Positions 11,876-25,647 of a DNA stretch of 64,000 nucleotides are shown here, one piece after another. The notes beneath the pieces were generated by a model. It was not told where the DNA came from, ran no database searches, and saw nothing but the letters and a program-made list of their open reading frames with translations. How positions within the stretch are numbered: the stretch's first letter is position 1; each line of letters begins with the position of its first letter. The position numbers and the translations under genes were made by a program. Origin of the DNA: Welwitschia mirabilis (Eukaryota); contig JBOZIK010000001.1 in assembly GCA_051453625.1 (NCBI GenBank), forward strand, positions 36,961,156 to 37,025,155, given 5' to 3'.

Positions 11876-14800
11876 TGCCAAAATCCTTAATCCATGATAA
11901 TGATAAAATTAGAAATGAAGATAAAGATTATTTGGAAGACACTTGTCAAAAGTTGTTTCAAGAGTGTGAAAAACTAGCCAGAAGAATTAATGACCTAAAC
12001 AACGTTATAAAATATCTTACCAAGAAAAAGAATGATTTGAAATCAAGTTATGAAAGAGTAAAATCCAAAAATGCCAACCTCACTTTGTAAGTAAAAGATT
12101 TATCATATTTTATTAACAAGTTTTTAGGTGGATCTACCAAATTGAAATAAATTCTTGGAGTTCAAAAACTAGTTGGAAATAGATCAGGTATTGTGTCTAT
12201 CTCATAGAAACCTCAAGCACAGCAAAATCAGGTAACCAATTATGGTAATTTTATTTCAAAGCTTACATGTCATTTCTATGGAAAAATAGATCATTCAAAA
12301 TTTATGTGTCATGCTAGAAAGTTAATGTTTTTTTCAAATTCTGTTAGTTCTTTTCCATTTAAATATATTCTTAAAAGAATTTATCACTTAAGTCTAAAAA
12401 GAATATATGGGTGAAAGCTAATGATCTTAAATTTTGGTTGATTTAAATAGATCTCAAAGTCTCAAATAGCACAAGCTAGTATCTTGATAATGGATGTTCA
12501 AGGTACATGATAGGAGATAAATCTAGATTCAAATATCTAAGCCACTTTAATGGAGGAGAAGTAAATTTTGAAGATAACAGAAGAGCAAAAATAGAAGGCA
12601 TTAGAAGCATTGGTGGAGGTAATCTTTCTAGAATTAATGAAGTTTTCTATGTAAATGTTTTAAAGCATAATTTATTGAGAATTATTTAAATTTGTAACCA
12701 AGGTAACAAGGTAGTTTTCGATAAATCAAAATGTGAAATGTTACATGGGAAATCTAATAATGTAATTCTTAGAGCAAGTAGAATAGACATTGTATATAGC
12801 ATAGATCAATCATTTTCTTAATATTATTTCTCAAATATTCCTTAGGAAGAGCTTTGGCATAAACTATTAGGTCATGTTAGTTATGATTAGTTAAAAATAA
12901 TTATGCATAAAAACATTGTGAAAAGTATCCCTAAGATAAATGTAGAAAACAAGGCTTATGTAATGCATGCCAAAAGGGAAAACAAATAAGGATTTCACAT
13001 AAAAGTAAAAATTAAACTTCCACATCTATGTTGTTAGAGTTTATCTATATGGATCTGGTATGTCTTGCTCAAACTTAAAGTTTAGGTGTAAAATGTTATT
13101 TTCTTACTATGGTTGATAACTTTTCTAGATATACTTGGGTAGCCTTCTTGTCAAACAAGTCTAAAGCTTACAAACATTAGGTTGAGATATTCAAAAAGAT
13201 TCAAAACAAAAAGGGGTTTAAGATAAGAAGTAATCATGGTGTTGAATTTTAAAATTATTTTTTTAAGAAATAGTGCATTGATAATGGAATTAATCATTAA
13301 TTTTTAGTCCTAAAGATACCACAACAAAATGGTATAATTGAAAGAAGGAACAGAGTCCTCCAAGAAATGGCATGAACTATGTTAAACAATAAGGAGGTCC
13401 CTAAATCTTTTTGGGCTAAGCCAGTTAGGCCCAGTACAGATAAAATGCCATATGAGTTATGAAATGGAAGACAACCTAATGTGTCATATTTTAAAGTCTT
13501 CAAAAGTAAATTCTATGTACTGAAAGATAGAGAACACTGAAGCAAATTTGAGTCTAAAGTAGATGAAGCTATCATTTTAGGTTACTCAACTAGAAGTAGA
13601 GTCTATCGTGTTTTTAACAAGAGAATTTTAATGGTATAAGAGTTAATAAATGTGCAAATTGATGAGATTAACATAAGACTAAACTACATAGATGAAGAAG
13701 AATTCATAACTACAGGTATCTCTATAACTAATGAAGGTACTATTGAAAGTAATAAAGTTCCATAAAAATAAGGTACACTAAAAAATCCTGAATTACTAAA
13801 AGATAATCCTTTAGAGTATATTATTGAAAAAGTTAATTCAAAAATAAAGATAAGAGATTCTATAAAAAAATTTTATGCTCACATTTGTTATGTTTTAAAA
13901 ATAGAACCTAAAAAATTTGAAGAAGCTGAAATTTATGAGAAATGAATGATGGCAATGCAAGATGAGCTATAATAGTTTAAGATAAATGATGTTTGGAAGT
14001 TAATAGAAACGTCAAAAGATAAAAAACGTTATTGAAACTAAGTGGATTTTTAAAAATAAATGTGATGAAGAAAATAATATCATTGAAAACAAGGCAAGAT
14101 TAGTAGCACAAGGCTATAATCAAATAGAAGGCATTGATGTAGGTGATACTTTTGCTCCTGTTGTAAAGCTAAATAGCATTAGAATGTTTTTATCTTTTGC
14201 ATCCTATAAAAATTTTAAAGTTTATCAAATGGATGTGAAGAGTGCTTTTCTAAATGGTACTTTAAATGAAGAAGTCTATGTAGAGCAACCACAAGGCTTT
14301 ATTGATCCTCATAAAACTGATCATGTGTATAGAATTAAGAAATCTTTGAATGGATTGAAACAAGCTCCAAGAGCTTGGTATAAGAAGATAGCCACCTTTT
14401 GAAATGAAAATGGATATATTTGTGGAATTATAGATAAAACCTTATTTGTAAAGAATTTAAAAAAGGATTTCATTATTATACAGATTTATATAAATGATAT
14501 TATTTTTTGTGCCTCAAATAAAAAGATATCAAAACAATTTGTAACTATTATGATAACTCATTTTGAAATAAGTATGTTTGATGAATTAAAAATATTTCTT
14601 GGACTACAGATCAAGTAATTAAATATAGAATATTTATTTCTCAATTCAAATATGCAAGAGGTTTAATCAAACATTTTGGACTAGACAATGCAAAAACAAC
14701 TGACACTCCTATGTCTACATTATGTAAAGTAAGTTTGGATAAGAATGGTAAATTAGTAGATCAAGAGATTTACAGAAGTATGATTAGTAGCTTATTATAT

Positions 14801-15609
14801 TTGACTGTAAGTAGAGTAGATATTATGTTTAGTATTGGAGTTTGTGCAAGGTATCAATCCCAACCAAAATAATCACATCTATAAGTAGTAAAAAGAATAA
14901 TCAGGTATGTAAAAGGTACATGTAATTATGATTTATGGTATTCTACAGAGACATATTTCGAACTTGTAGGTTTTAGTGATGCACATTGGGCTAGTTGCAA
15001 AGAGCACAAGTGGAAATTGCTTTCTATTATATTCATGTTTAGTAGGATGAGTAAGTAAAAAATAAAACTCTATTTCTCTCTCTACTACAGAAGTAGAATA
15101 TATTATAGCGGGTAGTCGTTGCACTTATCTTTTGTGGATGAAAGAAATTCTAAAGAATTTTGGCGTTAATTTTGAACAAATTCCTATTTTTTGTGACAAC
15201 ATGAGTGCTATAAACATATCGAAAAATCTTGTTCAGCACTTAAGAACCAAACATATTAAGCTAAGACATCATATCCTAANNNNNNNNNNNNNNNNNNNNN
15301 NNNNNNNNNNNNNNNNNNNNNNNNNNNNNNNNNNNNNNNNNNNNNNNNNNNNNNNNNNNNNNNNNNNNNNNNNNNNNNNACAATATGAGTGCTATAAACA
15401 TATTAAAAAATCCTATTCAGCACTCAAGAACCAAACATATTGAGCTAAGACATCATTTCCTATGAGACCAAGTCGAAAAAGAATGCATCTTTATGAACTT
15501 TGTGAGTACAGACCAACAACTAGCAAATATTTTTACTAAATCCCTAAATTTTAATACTTTTCTTCATCTTAGAAATGATCTTGGGGTTATCTCACTGTCC
15601 TATGGCTAA
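11876..15609 (+). pseudogene. Second, diverged copia gag-tail/pol copy (PR-IN-RT-RNase H), spanning a gap at 15280-15380
   Basis: [44 protein letters not shown], ends LGVISLSYG*. Confidence 0.9.
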
Positions 15610-15825
15610 TTGTAGAATGATCAACTAGATCCTTGATTTAGTTAACTGGATGTGGTCGATCGACCAAATTAAAAACCCAGTCACTTAGACCTCTGTAGAT
15701 CCTTCAGTGAAAACTGATAATGCAAAATGGAAATTTCTTTTGTATTTTTTATTTTCATATTTTCATTTTAATTATTTATTTATGTTTTACTTATGAACTT
15801 TTATTCTCTCCTTTTTCATTGATGT

Positions 15826-16313
15826 TAAAAGGGGGAGAATTAGTTAATTAGTTATTTATGCCTTTAGATGGAATCAATATGCACTTCATTCTTATGTTCT
15901 AAATTGTTCTCAATTTGTATCTCAAATCTTTTTGTGCTTGTGCAACTCATATATACTTAACATGTTTTTTGAATAATGATTTTTAAGGTTTTAAATGGTT
16001 ATTTCATAAATTCAAATGTCGATGTCCAATATTGAAAATGAACTCTAAAATGTGTTAACTGATCAATATGTTAAATGGTTTATGTGATAACATTATGCTT
16101 TTCATAAAATTTATGTTTTTAACCCTCTAAATATGCATCTTAAAATTATTTCATTTTAAGCATAAAATTTGACTATTCATAATGTATTAATTTGGCTTCA
16201 AAAGGTGTAACATTTTATAAAGAATAATAGTCATTTTCTGAGGGGAAATTTTTCTAAGTCCTAAATATTTTTGCAACTAAGTATTATTTCCCATCAATGT
16301 TAAAGGGGAAGAT
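15826..16313 (+). promoter_or_regulatory. Multiple polypurine tracts upstream of the A1 3' LTR
   Basis: AAAAGGGGGAGAA (~15827), AGGGGAAA (16241), AAAGGGGAAGAT (16302-16313); multi-PPT is a Sirevirus signature. Confidence 0.8.
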
Positions 16314-17827
16314 TGTTAAATTCTATTTTGCTAATTGATGTCAAGATAATGTTTTTTATGTAGAAATTTTTGTGTATCTTATGCAGAAGATGTTAATCAC
16401 TTGTAGGTTTAAAGAGGAAGCTAAGACCATTGAATTCTAAGCACTAGAAGCCCGTTAAGTTCATTTACCCTCTTAAGGGGGTTAGCTGGACTTTCAAGGG
16501 GTGGACCACACCTTAAGTAGACACTCAAAAATTGAACTGAATTCAGAGTGATTGATCAGATTTCTGATGGGGTCAATCAAACTTGTAACCTTAAGAGCCA
16601 ATATTCTTGAACTGAATGGCAAGGGTTCAATTGAACATTTATGGGTCAATCAGATATGTGGACCTGGTAAAAATATCCTTTAACTAAATGATAAGGGGTT
16701 GACTAGACTTATAATGAAGTCAACCAGATCTGTGAACCTATGAATAGTACTCCTAAACTGATTATTAAGGGGTCAACCAGATCATTGAAGGGGTCGACCG
16801 GACCTGAGCACTGTGTAGCTGATACTCCTAAGTTGATCATCATGGGGTCAATCAAACACCTGAAAGAATCAGCTGGACCCAATGTAGGAAATTAGAAATA
16901 TTTTTATTAAGACTAGTCGGTAACCAGACTTAATGGTGAATGACTAGATAGGGGCCGAATGGACCCAAATGGAGTTGATTGGATATGGACCCATAAGAAA
17001 CGGGGCAACCAAAAATTTTAGTCAAGCAACCTGTATAAATCATGATACAAGATGGGATCAATTGGACTTTTGAGGGGTTGACTAGTTGGAATGGAACTAA
17101 AATTTTCTATTCATTTTGTATCCATTATATCTTTGTTAGATAGCCATTTTCTAGCTATTTATAGTAGTTGGAAGCATATTTTCAAATGTAATAAACCCTA
17201 AAAGCCTTTCAATATAAATAGCCAAGAGATAGATGACTAAAGAACCTTCTTGAATTAATGAATTAGCACTATAATCTTATGATATCCACTATTGAATCTT
17301 GACATTTATACTCTTGACCAAGGAAGATCTATTTTCTATTTTATCTCTAAATTCAAGATCAGATCCAGTGCTTTATCTATTGTACATATGCAGAGAGGAG
17401 CTCCATTAAATCTACTATATCAATGATGAATAATATTTATACATCAAAGCATTCTTACCATCACTACTATATCCCCTGAAGGTTGAAACCGAGCCTATAA
17501 AAGTCCATTTATAAAGGTTACAAGTAAAAATGTAACACCAAGAATAGTTAACAAAGATCTAGATCAAGCTTGGAGATAAGCGGATCATTAAGAGTGGAGT
17601 AGGGGGTTTTCCTAAATCACTGTAAAACCCTGTGTGTACATCTATTTGGTATTTTATGCTTTCTGTCAGTTTGATTACTTTGAATACATTTAGTTTTTCT
17701 TCATATGCATAATTTTATTGGTAAATTATTTTGACTAAGCTTTTAATATATAATAAATTATCAATTCATCTTATTTTAATTTTTAAAGAACCTATTCACC
17801 CCTCCTCTAGAATTCTTGATCCTTTTA
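16314..17827 (+). repeat. A1 3' LTR
   Basis: Collinear with 7636-9138; preceded by PPT, followed by TSD GAAGG. Confidence 0.92.
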
Positions 17828-17832
17828 GAAGG

Positions 17833-20467
17833 TAGATTTAGCTTATTATGTAGCATGTAGTACTTACTGCTTCAGCTTAAAATGTTCTTACAACTTCATT
17901 ATCATTAGCATTGTTCTTGCCATATCTTGGAGAACTCTATTTTTTTTAGATATACCATTTCATTTGGTATTTTTGGTGCTAAAAACTCATGCTTAATTCC
18001 ATTATCAACCTAATAATTTTTAAAATAATGATTTTTAAATTCGCCTTCATGATTACTTCTAATCCATTTAATAGAATACCCTTTTTTGTTTTGAATTTGG
18101 TTGCATATCTTAACAAATCTCTTAAAAGTTTTAGCTTGATTTCCTAGGAAAGAAATCTAAATAAATATAGAGTAGTCATCAATCATTGCCAAAAATATGG
18201 CTTTTGTGCTAGACTTTTAGCTTGAGAAGGATCTACCAAGTTCATATGAATAAGTCCAAGAGGCATAGATGTGGAGACTAAGTTTTTACTCTTATGAGAG
18301 GTTCTAATTTGTTTTTCATTTTGGTAAGCATCACATAAATCATATTTACAAACATGAATTTTCGGAACCCCTCTTACAATCTTTCTTTTGATGAGAGTTT
18401 TAAGTTAATCATAGTTTACATGTCATAAATGTTGGTGCCATGGTTTTTCTTAATTAACTTATAAAAAATGATAAATAGAAAATAGTTTTCAATACTATAG
18501 CTATTATCTATCTTATTTTCTTTGAGAAGAACCTCATCTATTCTACCATATCTAACTTTACACTTTTGACTATAAAAAATAACTCTAAGTCCTTTATCCC
18601 AGATTTGACTAATACTAAGTAAATTATGTTTAATACCATCTACATATAAAACTTTATTAGTTTTAGGCATGTTACTTCCATTAATTCTTCTTATGCATTC
18701 AATGTTTACCTTTTCATCATCACTGAAAGTTACCTCCCCTCCTTTAAAATCATTTAGGGATTGGAATCTTGACTTGTCACATGTGTATGGTGAGAGAAAC
18801 TACTATCCAAGCATTAAAATGTTTCACCACTAGCCTTGCAAGCTATTTAAATCAATAAGCTTCTCAAATTCTCATCCCTTACCATCTTAGTATTTTTAGA
18901 CTATTGCAGTGATAAAATTTAGGTATAAATTTGAAAGGAAAATCACTAGTGTTACTTGAAAAAATCATAACCTTTTTGAAATTGCAAAACAATTTAGAAT
19001 GAAATGATTTACCACTAAAATAATAAGTAATCTTTGAAATGAAATTAATATTTAGCTAATAAACCTAATTCAAGGAAGTATATAACTTTGAAGAAGAACA
19101 TCTACTACCACTTTTATCATGAATTGACTTTCCTATTTCTAGTATCTATTCCAATTTGCTAAAGCTATTAGAAAATTTATTTGCAAAGCGAAACAAATTT
19201 TTTACCTCTTAAAGCAAACCTTTATTCTCCTTTTGGATTTCCTATATTTAAGCTCTGAGCTTTCTTTTCCTTGTATAGAGACTTTACTATTTTGTTTAGT
19301 TCCTTTATTCGCTTAGCCAGCTTCTTACCTTTTATGTATAGTTCTTGATAGGTATCTTCTAAATCTTCTTTCTCTTCCTTTATGGTGTCTAGATTATTCA
19401 GTTTTATTGAACAAGAAATTTCATTTAAGGTTTGAGTTATTGACATGGAAAAAAGCTTTTTATCTTCTTCTGACTCTTGACCAGAACTGCTGTCTTCTTC
19501 ATCATTTAAGTTATTCCAAATTGTAATAAGAGACGGTCTTTTAGATCTTCTCTAATTCCTATTGTTTTTTAGACATTCATTAGCAACATGTCCATATCCT
19601 TTATAGGTATAGTACTATATATCCTTCATTTTCTATTGACTCTTCTCAATTTTGATTTATCCCTTCTAGTCCTTTTGCTTCTTTTCCCCTTTTTTCTTTT
19701 CCTATACAAGAATTTTTTGAACATTTTTACTAATAGTATTAATTTATTCTCATTAAGATCATCATCTGATCTTTCATATTTTGCTTCATCCTACTTACTT
19801 TTTAAAGTAACACTCTTCTTATTATCTTTGGGAAATTTTAGCTTATAAGTTTGAAGATTACCTTATAGTTCATCCAGGGCTATTTAGTTGATGTCCTTAC
19901 ATTCTTCAATGGCAATTACCTTTGGCTTAAAATACTTGGGAATATATCTTTAATACTTTTGCTTCATCCATCTCTTCTCTTAGTCTGACCATTGAGTTCA
20001 CTATGTCTGTCAGGTTGGCAACGAATTCCTTAAGAGTTTTTTCCTCCTCCACCTGAATATTTTTAAACTTGATGAAGTATTTGGAGTTTTTTTTATTTTA
20101 TGTAGATGACCCTTCCTGGGCTACTTCAAGAATATTCCATACTTCTTTAGTAGTTTCACAATTTACTATTCTCTTGAATTATTCTACAGACAACATAAAA
20201 AATAGCATTAAGAGCATGGAAATTCAAAGTACTATTCACTTTATTAAGAGGTGTCCATTGATCTTTTGGTTTTAAGACAGTTTTGGAATTTTCACTACTA
20301 TCTCTTTTAGTTATTATAATATGGATGTATCCATTGTAAACTACTTCTTCTATATCTACATCGAGAGACCTAAGGAAAATTCTCATTTTATATTTTCAAT
20401 AAGCATAGTTAATTTTATCAAATAATAATGGCTTTGTAGTAGGGAATCCATCCGAGGGGTTACTCAT
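17833..20467 (-). pseudogene. Element C full-length gag, protease and integrase N-part (decayed)
   Basis: MSNPSDGFPTTKPLLFDKINYAY*KYKMRIFLRSLD copia gag start, capsid-region motifs, coiled coil, VLYVDGIKHNLLSISQ, integrase core. Confidence 0.88.
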
Positions 20468-21063
20468 AGCTAGTGTTATGAGTTAACATTTGTTAGAATC
20501 TATTATTAACTCAACCTTGCTCTAATACCATGAAAAGATCTATAAACCCTAGAATAGGGATGAATAGATTTTTAACAAAATTTTCTCTAAAAATTATTGA
20601 AGCATATATAATAATAACTTCAAACAAACATGGAAAGAACTATCTATAGGAATTTAATGAGTATATTAGAAGGAAATAATAAAAATAAAAAATGGAAAAT
20701 ATGCATTAGACAAGTGATTTATAGTGGTTCATAAAACACCCCTACTCCATTCTTGACTATCAGTTTCAACCCTAAGCTAATTCAGATCTTATTGCTTTTC
20801 TTCTAGGTTTTTAAGTCAATCTATAACCTTTACAAAAGGAACTTTTAAGGCTTAATTTCAACCTTTAAAAAGTAAAGATTTTGGTGCTAGAAGTATGCCT
20901 GAGTGCATTAGCTCATCTAATCTGAAGTACAATAATGATGGATTACATTACTTAGAGTAATAGTTCACAAGTACAGTGCTTGTAGTGCAAGTGTGTGTCT
21001 TAACCAGAACGATATCAATAGTATAAATGTTCTTTTTTTAAAAAACTAGTAATCAAAAGGTTC

Positions 21064-22422
21064 TAAGAATTTATTTTAAAATTAGAAGGGATGGATGAAT
21101 GAATTTTCATCAAATAAATTTAAACTAAACAACAAAATAAAATACACAATGAAAAACCTTACTGAAATAATGTGGTTTTCCAACTTGGATACATTCAAAC
21201 AGAGAGGGTAGATTCTACTTACACCTTCAGATATTCTTGACCTATAAGAAATGATGGTTTTCTAGAACATCACCAACCTTACAATAAGTAAACATCTCCT
21301 CACAAATTAGCACATTCTTCTGCTTAAAGAAGTAGTGGTTTTCATAGGCACATCATAAACCTTTACAACAATGAGAGTTTCCTCACAAGAAAGAAGTCTC
21401 CCCCAAAAGGGAATGATGGTTTTCTTACTGACTAATAATCTTACATTCAATAAGTATCTAAAAGCACAATAACTAATGCACACCCCTACAAGGATTACCT
21501 TACAAAATATTTGGTATTTCAAGAAATGGACTCGATAATAATATTTAACAATAAGATAGTCCATAATAAAATAACCAAAAAATGCAATACAAAAACAAGC
21601 CTGAATACACTTTGATGAGGACTTTAATATCCTTGAAGTTGTTGTTGTAGTCATGAGTATGAATGAGGAAAATGATAGCAATGATGATCCAAATCCAAGA
21701 GATGAAATAATAATTGCTTCTTACTACTGCATCTTTTGATTTTTTCATGAGAGGTTTCCTTTACTTATGCTTCCAAGATCTATAAGTTTAATTGATTCAA
21801 TGAACTATTAAAAGTTATACTTTTATTTTTGACATTGATGATTTATAACAATGAGGAAGATCTAACCATTTAAGCTTAAAAGATAGCCATTTGAATCTAC
21901 AACTACCATGCAATGGATAGCTAATGTTTATGCTTTGGGTTCATAAATTTTCTTTTAATTGACATTAACTTTGGGTCAAGACTTCTTGAATTTTGTAGAT
22001 GACTACTTTCTAGACGTCTTTAATTTTATAGATGTCTTGAGCTAGCTTGCCCAGATTCTGATGAATTTTTCACTATATTATCCTTGGACATTTATGATTA
22101 TGAATCTGCTATGTACAAGTTGTTATCTTAGTTGAAACATAAGATATTAGTTTAAAAAATGAAATTTGTTACTTGTTTTAGTTTAGTACATTTTATACGT
22201 CTTTAGTTTTCTAGACATCTTCACTTAATATATTTTCAATTTCTCATACATCTTCAATCAATTGATTTTATAGTTTAGCATTAGATCCTTTTTGTGAGAC
22301 GTTGCTTTTGAAGATCCATCATGATCTCGTATCTATGAAGGTTATATTCACTTATAATAACCTGTCTACATGAAGACATAAAATGTTTGATAAGTGAAAT
22401 TTTAAAGCTAGATTTTCCAACA
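21064..22422 (-). repeat. B 3' LTR
   Basis: Starts TGTTGGAAAATC on minus after PPT AAAAAATGGGGATAT; collinear with the three 5' LTR pieces. Confidence 0.88.
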
Positions 22423-23200
22423 ATATCCCCATTTTTTATGATGTCCAAAACTCAACAAATCTCATTAGTGCAATCTAAACTAATCAATTAAAATCAAACA
22501 TTTTATTCTAGTAAAATGCACATTAATTACTAGTTCCAATAAACATTATATCTGCTACTTGACGTCAATATATATATATATGAAAAATTTAAAAAACTAG
22601 AATAATATACATTTTATATTTACTTAAGAAACTTTGTAAAAATACACAAAAATGGATGATAAATCATTGTATTGTTTATTCACGAATGTATGTAAAAATA
22701 ATTAAGCACATAAACATTTTGATAATCTCAATATTGTAATATATCTATGAAAATGTGCCATTTTTAAAGCATGAAGTTCATATGTGTGAAAATCACTATA
22801 TCATAACTAATGAAAATTTTTCTAGCATCATGTAAAAATATTTAGATCACTAAATAGTTAGAATAGTGTATATGCAAGTGTGCCAACAAAAGCATAAGAT
22901 AAGAATGATAAATGTGCTGAACACAATACATAAAATAACAAATATGATACAAAAAGAAAGTTTTTAATAATAGGAATGTATGCCAGAATGATAAGGAGGA
23001 ATCATCAATACAATTAATGAAACTCTTAGATCCAATACAAGATTTCATAGTCAAGAGCTCTAATCCCAATAGAGTATCCTCATTATAAAAATTAAAGTAT
23101 TCAACTGATGTGTCACTAATTTGCTATATACTTCTCCCCCCTTTTTGGACAACATAAGTCTCTAATCATTGAGATTTGAATCACCTATGTAGTTCTCACC

Positions 23201-24888
23201 TTAGCCTTCTTCATCAATGTCATTGCTATCATGGGTAATGGAGGTGGGCTATGTATAAGACGATGATGAAGTGGATGGTGGTATGTGTCTCTTCTTAGAG
23301 GAGCACTCTAATGTCTTACCAAGGCCTTGAAAGGCCCATCTCCTCATGCATTAATATGTTTGAGGAGTAATAGAAGTACCAAAGAAGCTGGCAGTGGTGA
23401 TCTTTGTGAAGGTGGATGGAAGATAAAAAAATTAAATTGGTTTAACTTGAATGGGCTCTATATGCAAAGGTGGAAGTTATGGTGAACAAACTAGATGTAA
23501 AGAAGGTGCATGAGCTAGTGAAGCTAGTATAGATGGTGATGGTAGTTATGAAGGTTTGGGGAATGGAATCTTACAATGAGGATAATAAAATATAAGAAGT
23601 AAAGCATCTAAGCTCTCAAACTCAATATTCTGCAATATTTATCTCTACTAATAAGGACCTAGAGCCTATGGCTTCCCCTGCACATGTGTCTCTATGGGAG
23701 TCTGATACTTCACTGGAACCTATGCCTCATCTCTAAAAAACTCCTTTAAAGACTCATTATCTGCTTCTCGACTTGAGTCATATCTTGTGCCAAATGGAGT
23801 TGATGGTTCTTATTCCTCCTCTTCTGATTGCTCCTCTGAATCTAATCATGTGGGAGTCCTCATGGATCTCTAACACTCTCTTGATGCCTCTTATTTACTT
23901 ACTGTGGATCTGTATTTCTTCAACCTTAGAAGACTTCTTTTAATTTTTCCAACCATCTTAATAATAGCCTTCAGTTCCTTTTTCACTAAAAAAGAGCTAT
24001 GTGTAGTAATGAAAAATGATATCTGCATCTGTAGTATCCTTCTACTCATGTCTTCACTTGGTATCATAGGCACTCTCCATTTCTCACTAAATTCTGCTAA
24101 TGGTTTTTTCTGATGAATGAGGTTAACCTATGAAACTGAAATGTCTACACTTCTAATGATTAAGCTAATCAGACATGGATAATCCAAAGTCTATTCTTTA
24201 TGGAATAACCAAATAATATTCATACATAACATAAAACCCAAGTCTATCTAAAAACCTATGAGTAAGCAATGTATAATAAATGTTTGCATAGGTTTGTAAT
24301 AGCTATAACTATCTCCTTTAATTAAAATACTATAAAAAGTTATCAAAATAAAAAAGTTGGATTAGTTATCATATGCTCTCTCTCAATGTTCTTAAAAAAA
24401 TTCATTTTACTATGTCCAAGTAAAACATTACTCATTTAACACCTAGACAAATTAACAATTCTAGAACTAAAGATTTCTATGAAAGAATTATTATAAAAAT
24501 GGAGAAGGTATCATATATACCAAGAAGAGAATTAATAAATCTTGGAATAATATGGAAATTAGTACCTTTGACCTATGTCTGAAATGTACCACTGTTATTA
24601 TTAATTTCATGAATGTTTACATAGAATTCTCTTATCACTAAATTAGGAACATGCTGAACTAGTTGGACAATCATCTCCTAACCAAGCTCAATAAAGTAGC
24701 TTATGATTTGATCTTTATGTCTTTTCTAAAAAAATGAGTGTTCTTTTTGTAATAATGGAGCTTCTAGACCATGCTATGAATCTCTTTTTAGCTACCTTAT
24801 GATAGAACTAAGATTCATACTGTGTTCTAAATTGTTCTGGAGCTTGTTCTTTACCTCTGGAAATTCTTGCTATCTTTCTTCTTGCCAT
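23201..24888 (-). pseudogene. env-like / ORF2 of element B (decayed)
   Basis: MARRKIARISRGKEQ start, LVIREFYVNI (LVREFYAN-like motif of plant retrotransposon extra ORFs), Ser/Pro-rich and acidic tail; lies just upstream of the PPTs. Confidence 0.6.
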
Positions 24889-25159
24889 ATTTATGAAATA
24901 GAATCAGAAGATAATAAAAGATAAACTAAAACATAAGAAACTTTGGAAAAATATGCACCTATTCAAGAAAATCTTTTGTTATTTCTCACTATTAAGATAT
25001 CTCACAAATTCAAGACATCTAGCTAGAGAAATATGAGAAAAACAAAGTCTAGAAAATCACCTGAGAGTAATACATGTTGAGAGGAGACTTGAAAATAAGA
25101 TTTGATGGTTCCTTTGGCTATTAAAAATGGTCAAAACCCTATTTTTTATGTGTTTTTTT

Positions 25160-25440
25160 ATTTCTGCACTAGTACAGTCAAGACATCTACAAATTTCAAG
25201 ATTCTAAAATGCAAAAAGTAGATGTATATACATTTCAAGATGTCTATTGTTAAAAATTTTATAGTTCATTTTCTTGATACCAAGATGTATAAAAAACTAA
25301 AGACATCTAATTTAAATAATTAAAATGACATATCTTCCCTTTCAAGACATCTGTAAAAGTCAAGATGTCTGAATCCAAGACGTCTACAAATTTCAAGATG
25401 TCTTCACTAGAGATGTCTATAAAGTTGAAGACATCTACAA
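25160..25440. repeat. Cluster of AGACGTCT/AGACATCT/AGATGTCT palindrome-derived motifs
   Basis: Roughly ten variants of AAGA(C/T)(G/A)TCT; the same motif occurs in B LTRs (~21980-22040, 34845-34920). Confidence 0.7.
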
Positions 25441-25647
25441 TAAAATTTTCATATTTTCAAAAGGAATCTACAACTATTGTAACCATAATAATAATACTTT
25501 GAGTAGGTTAAATATCACACACATAATTTAACTTATAACTATATAAACTTTATCTAATCATAATATCAACTCATAAGATAAATGAAATGGAGTTGAGATG
25601 TTAAGGATGTTAGCTGTTTACTTACCTAATTAGGTAAAGCCCAATCT

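Larger units (their letters stand above)
7636..17827 (+). mobile_element. Element A1: Sirevirus-like Ty1/copia, capsid gag deleted, inserted in C integrase
   Basis: LTRs 7636-9138 and 16314-17827, TG..CA/TA ends, perfect TSD GAAGG (7631-7635, 17828-17832), Met-type PBS, several PPTs, PR-IN-RT-RH order. Confidence 0.92.

Noticed and set aside
15610-16313. env-like ORF in family A
   Set aside because: Only ~700 bp of AT-rich non-coding DNA with PPTs between the pol stop and the 3' LTR.
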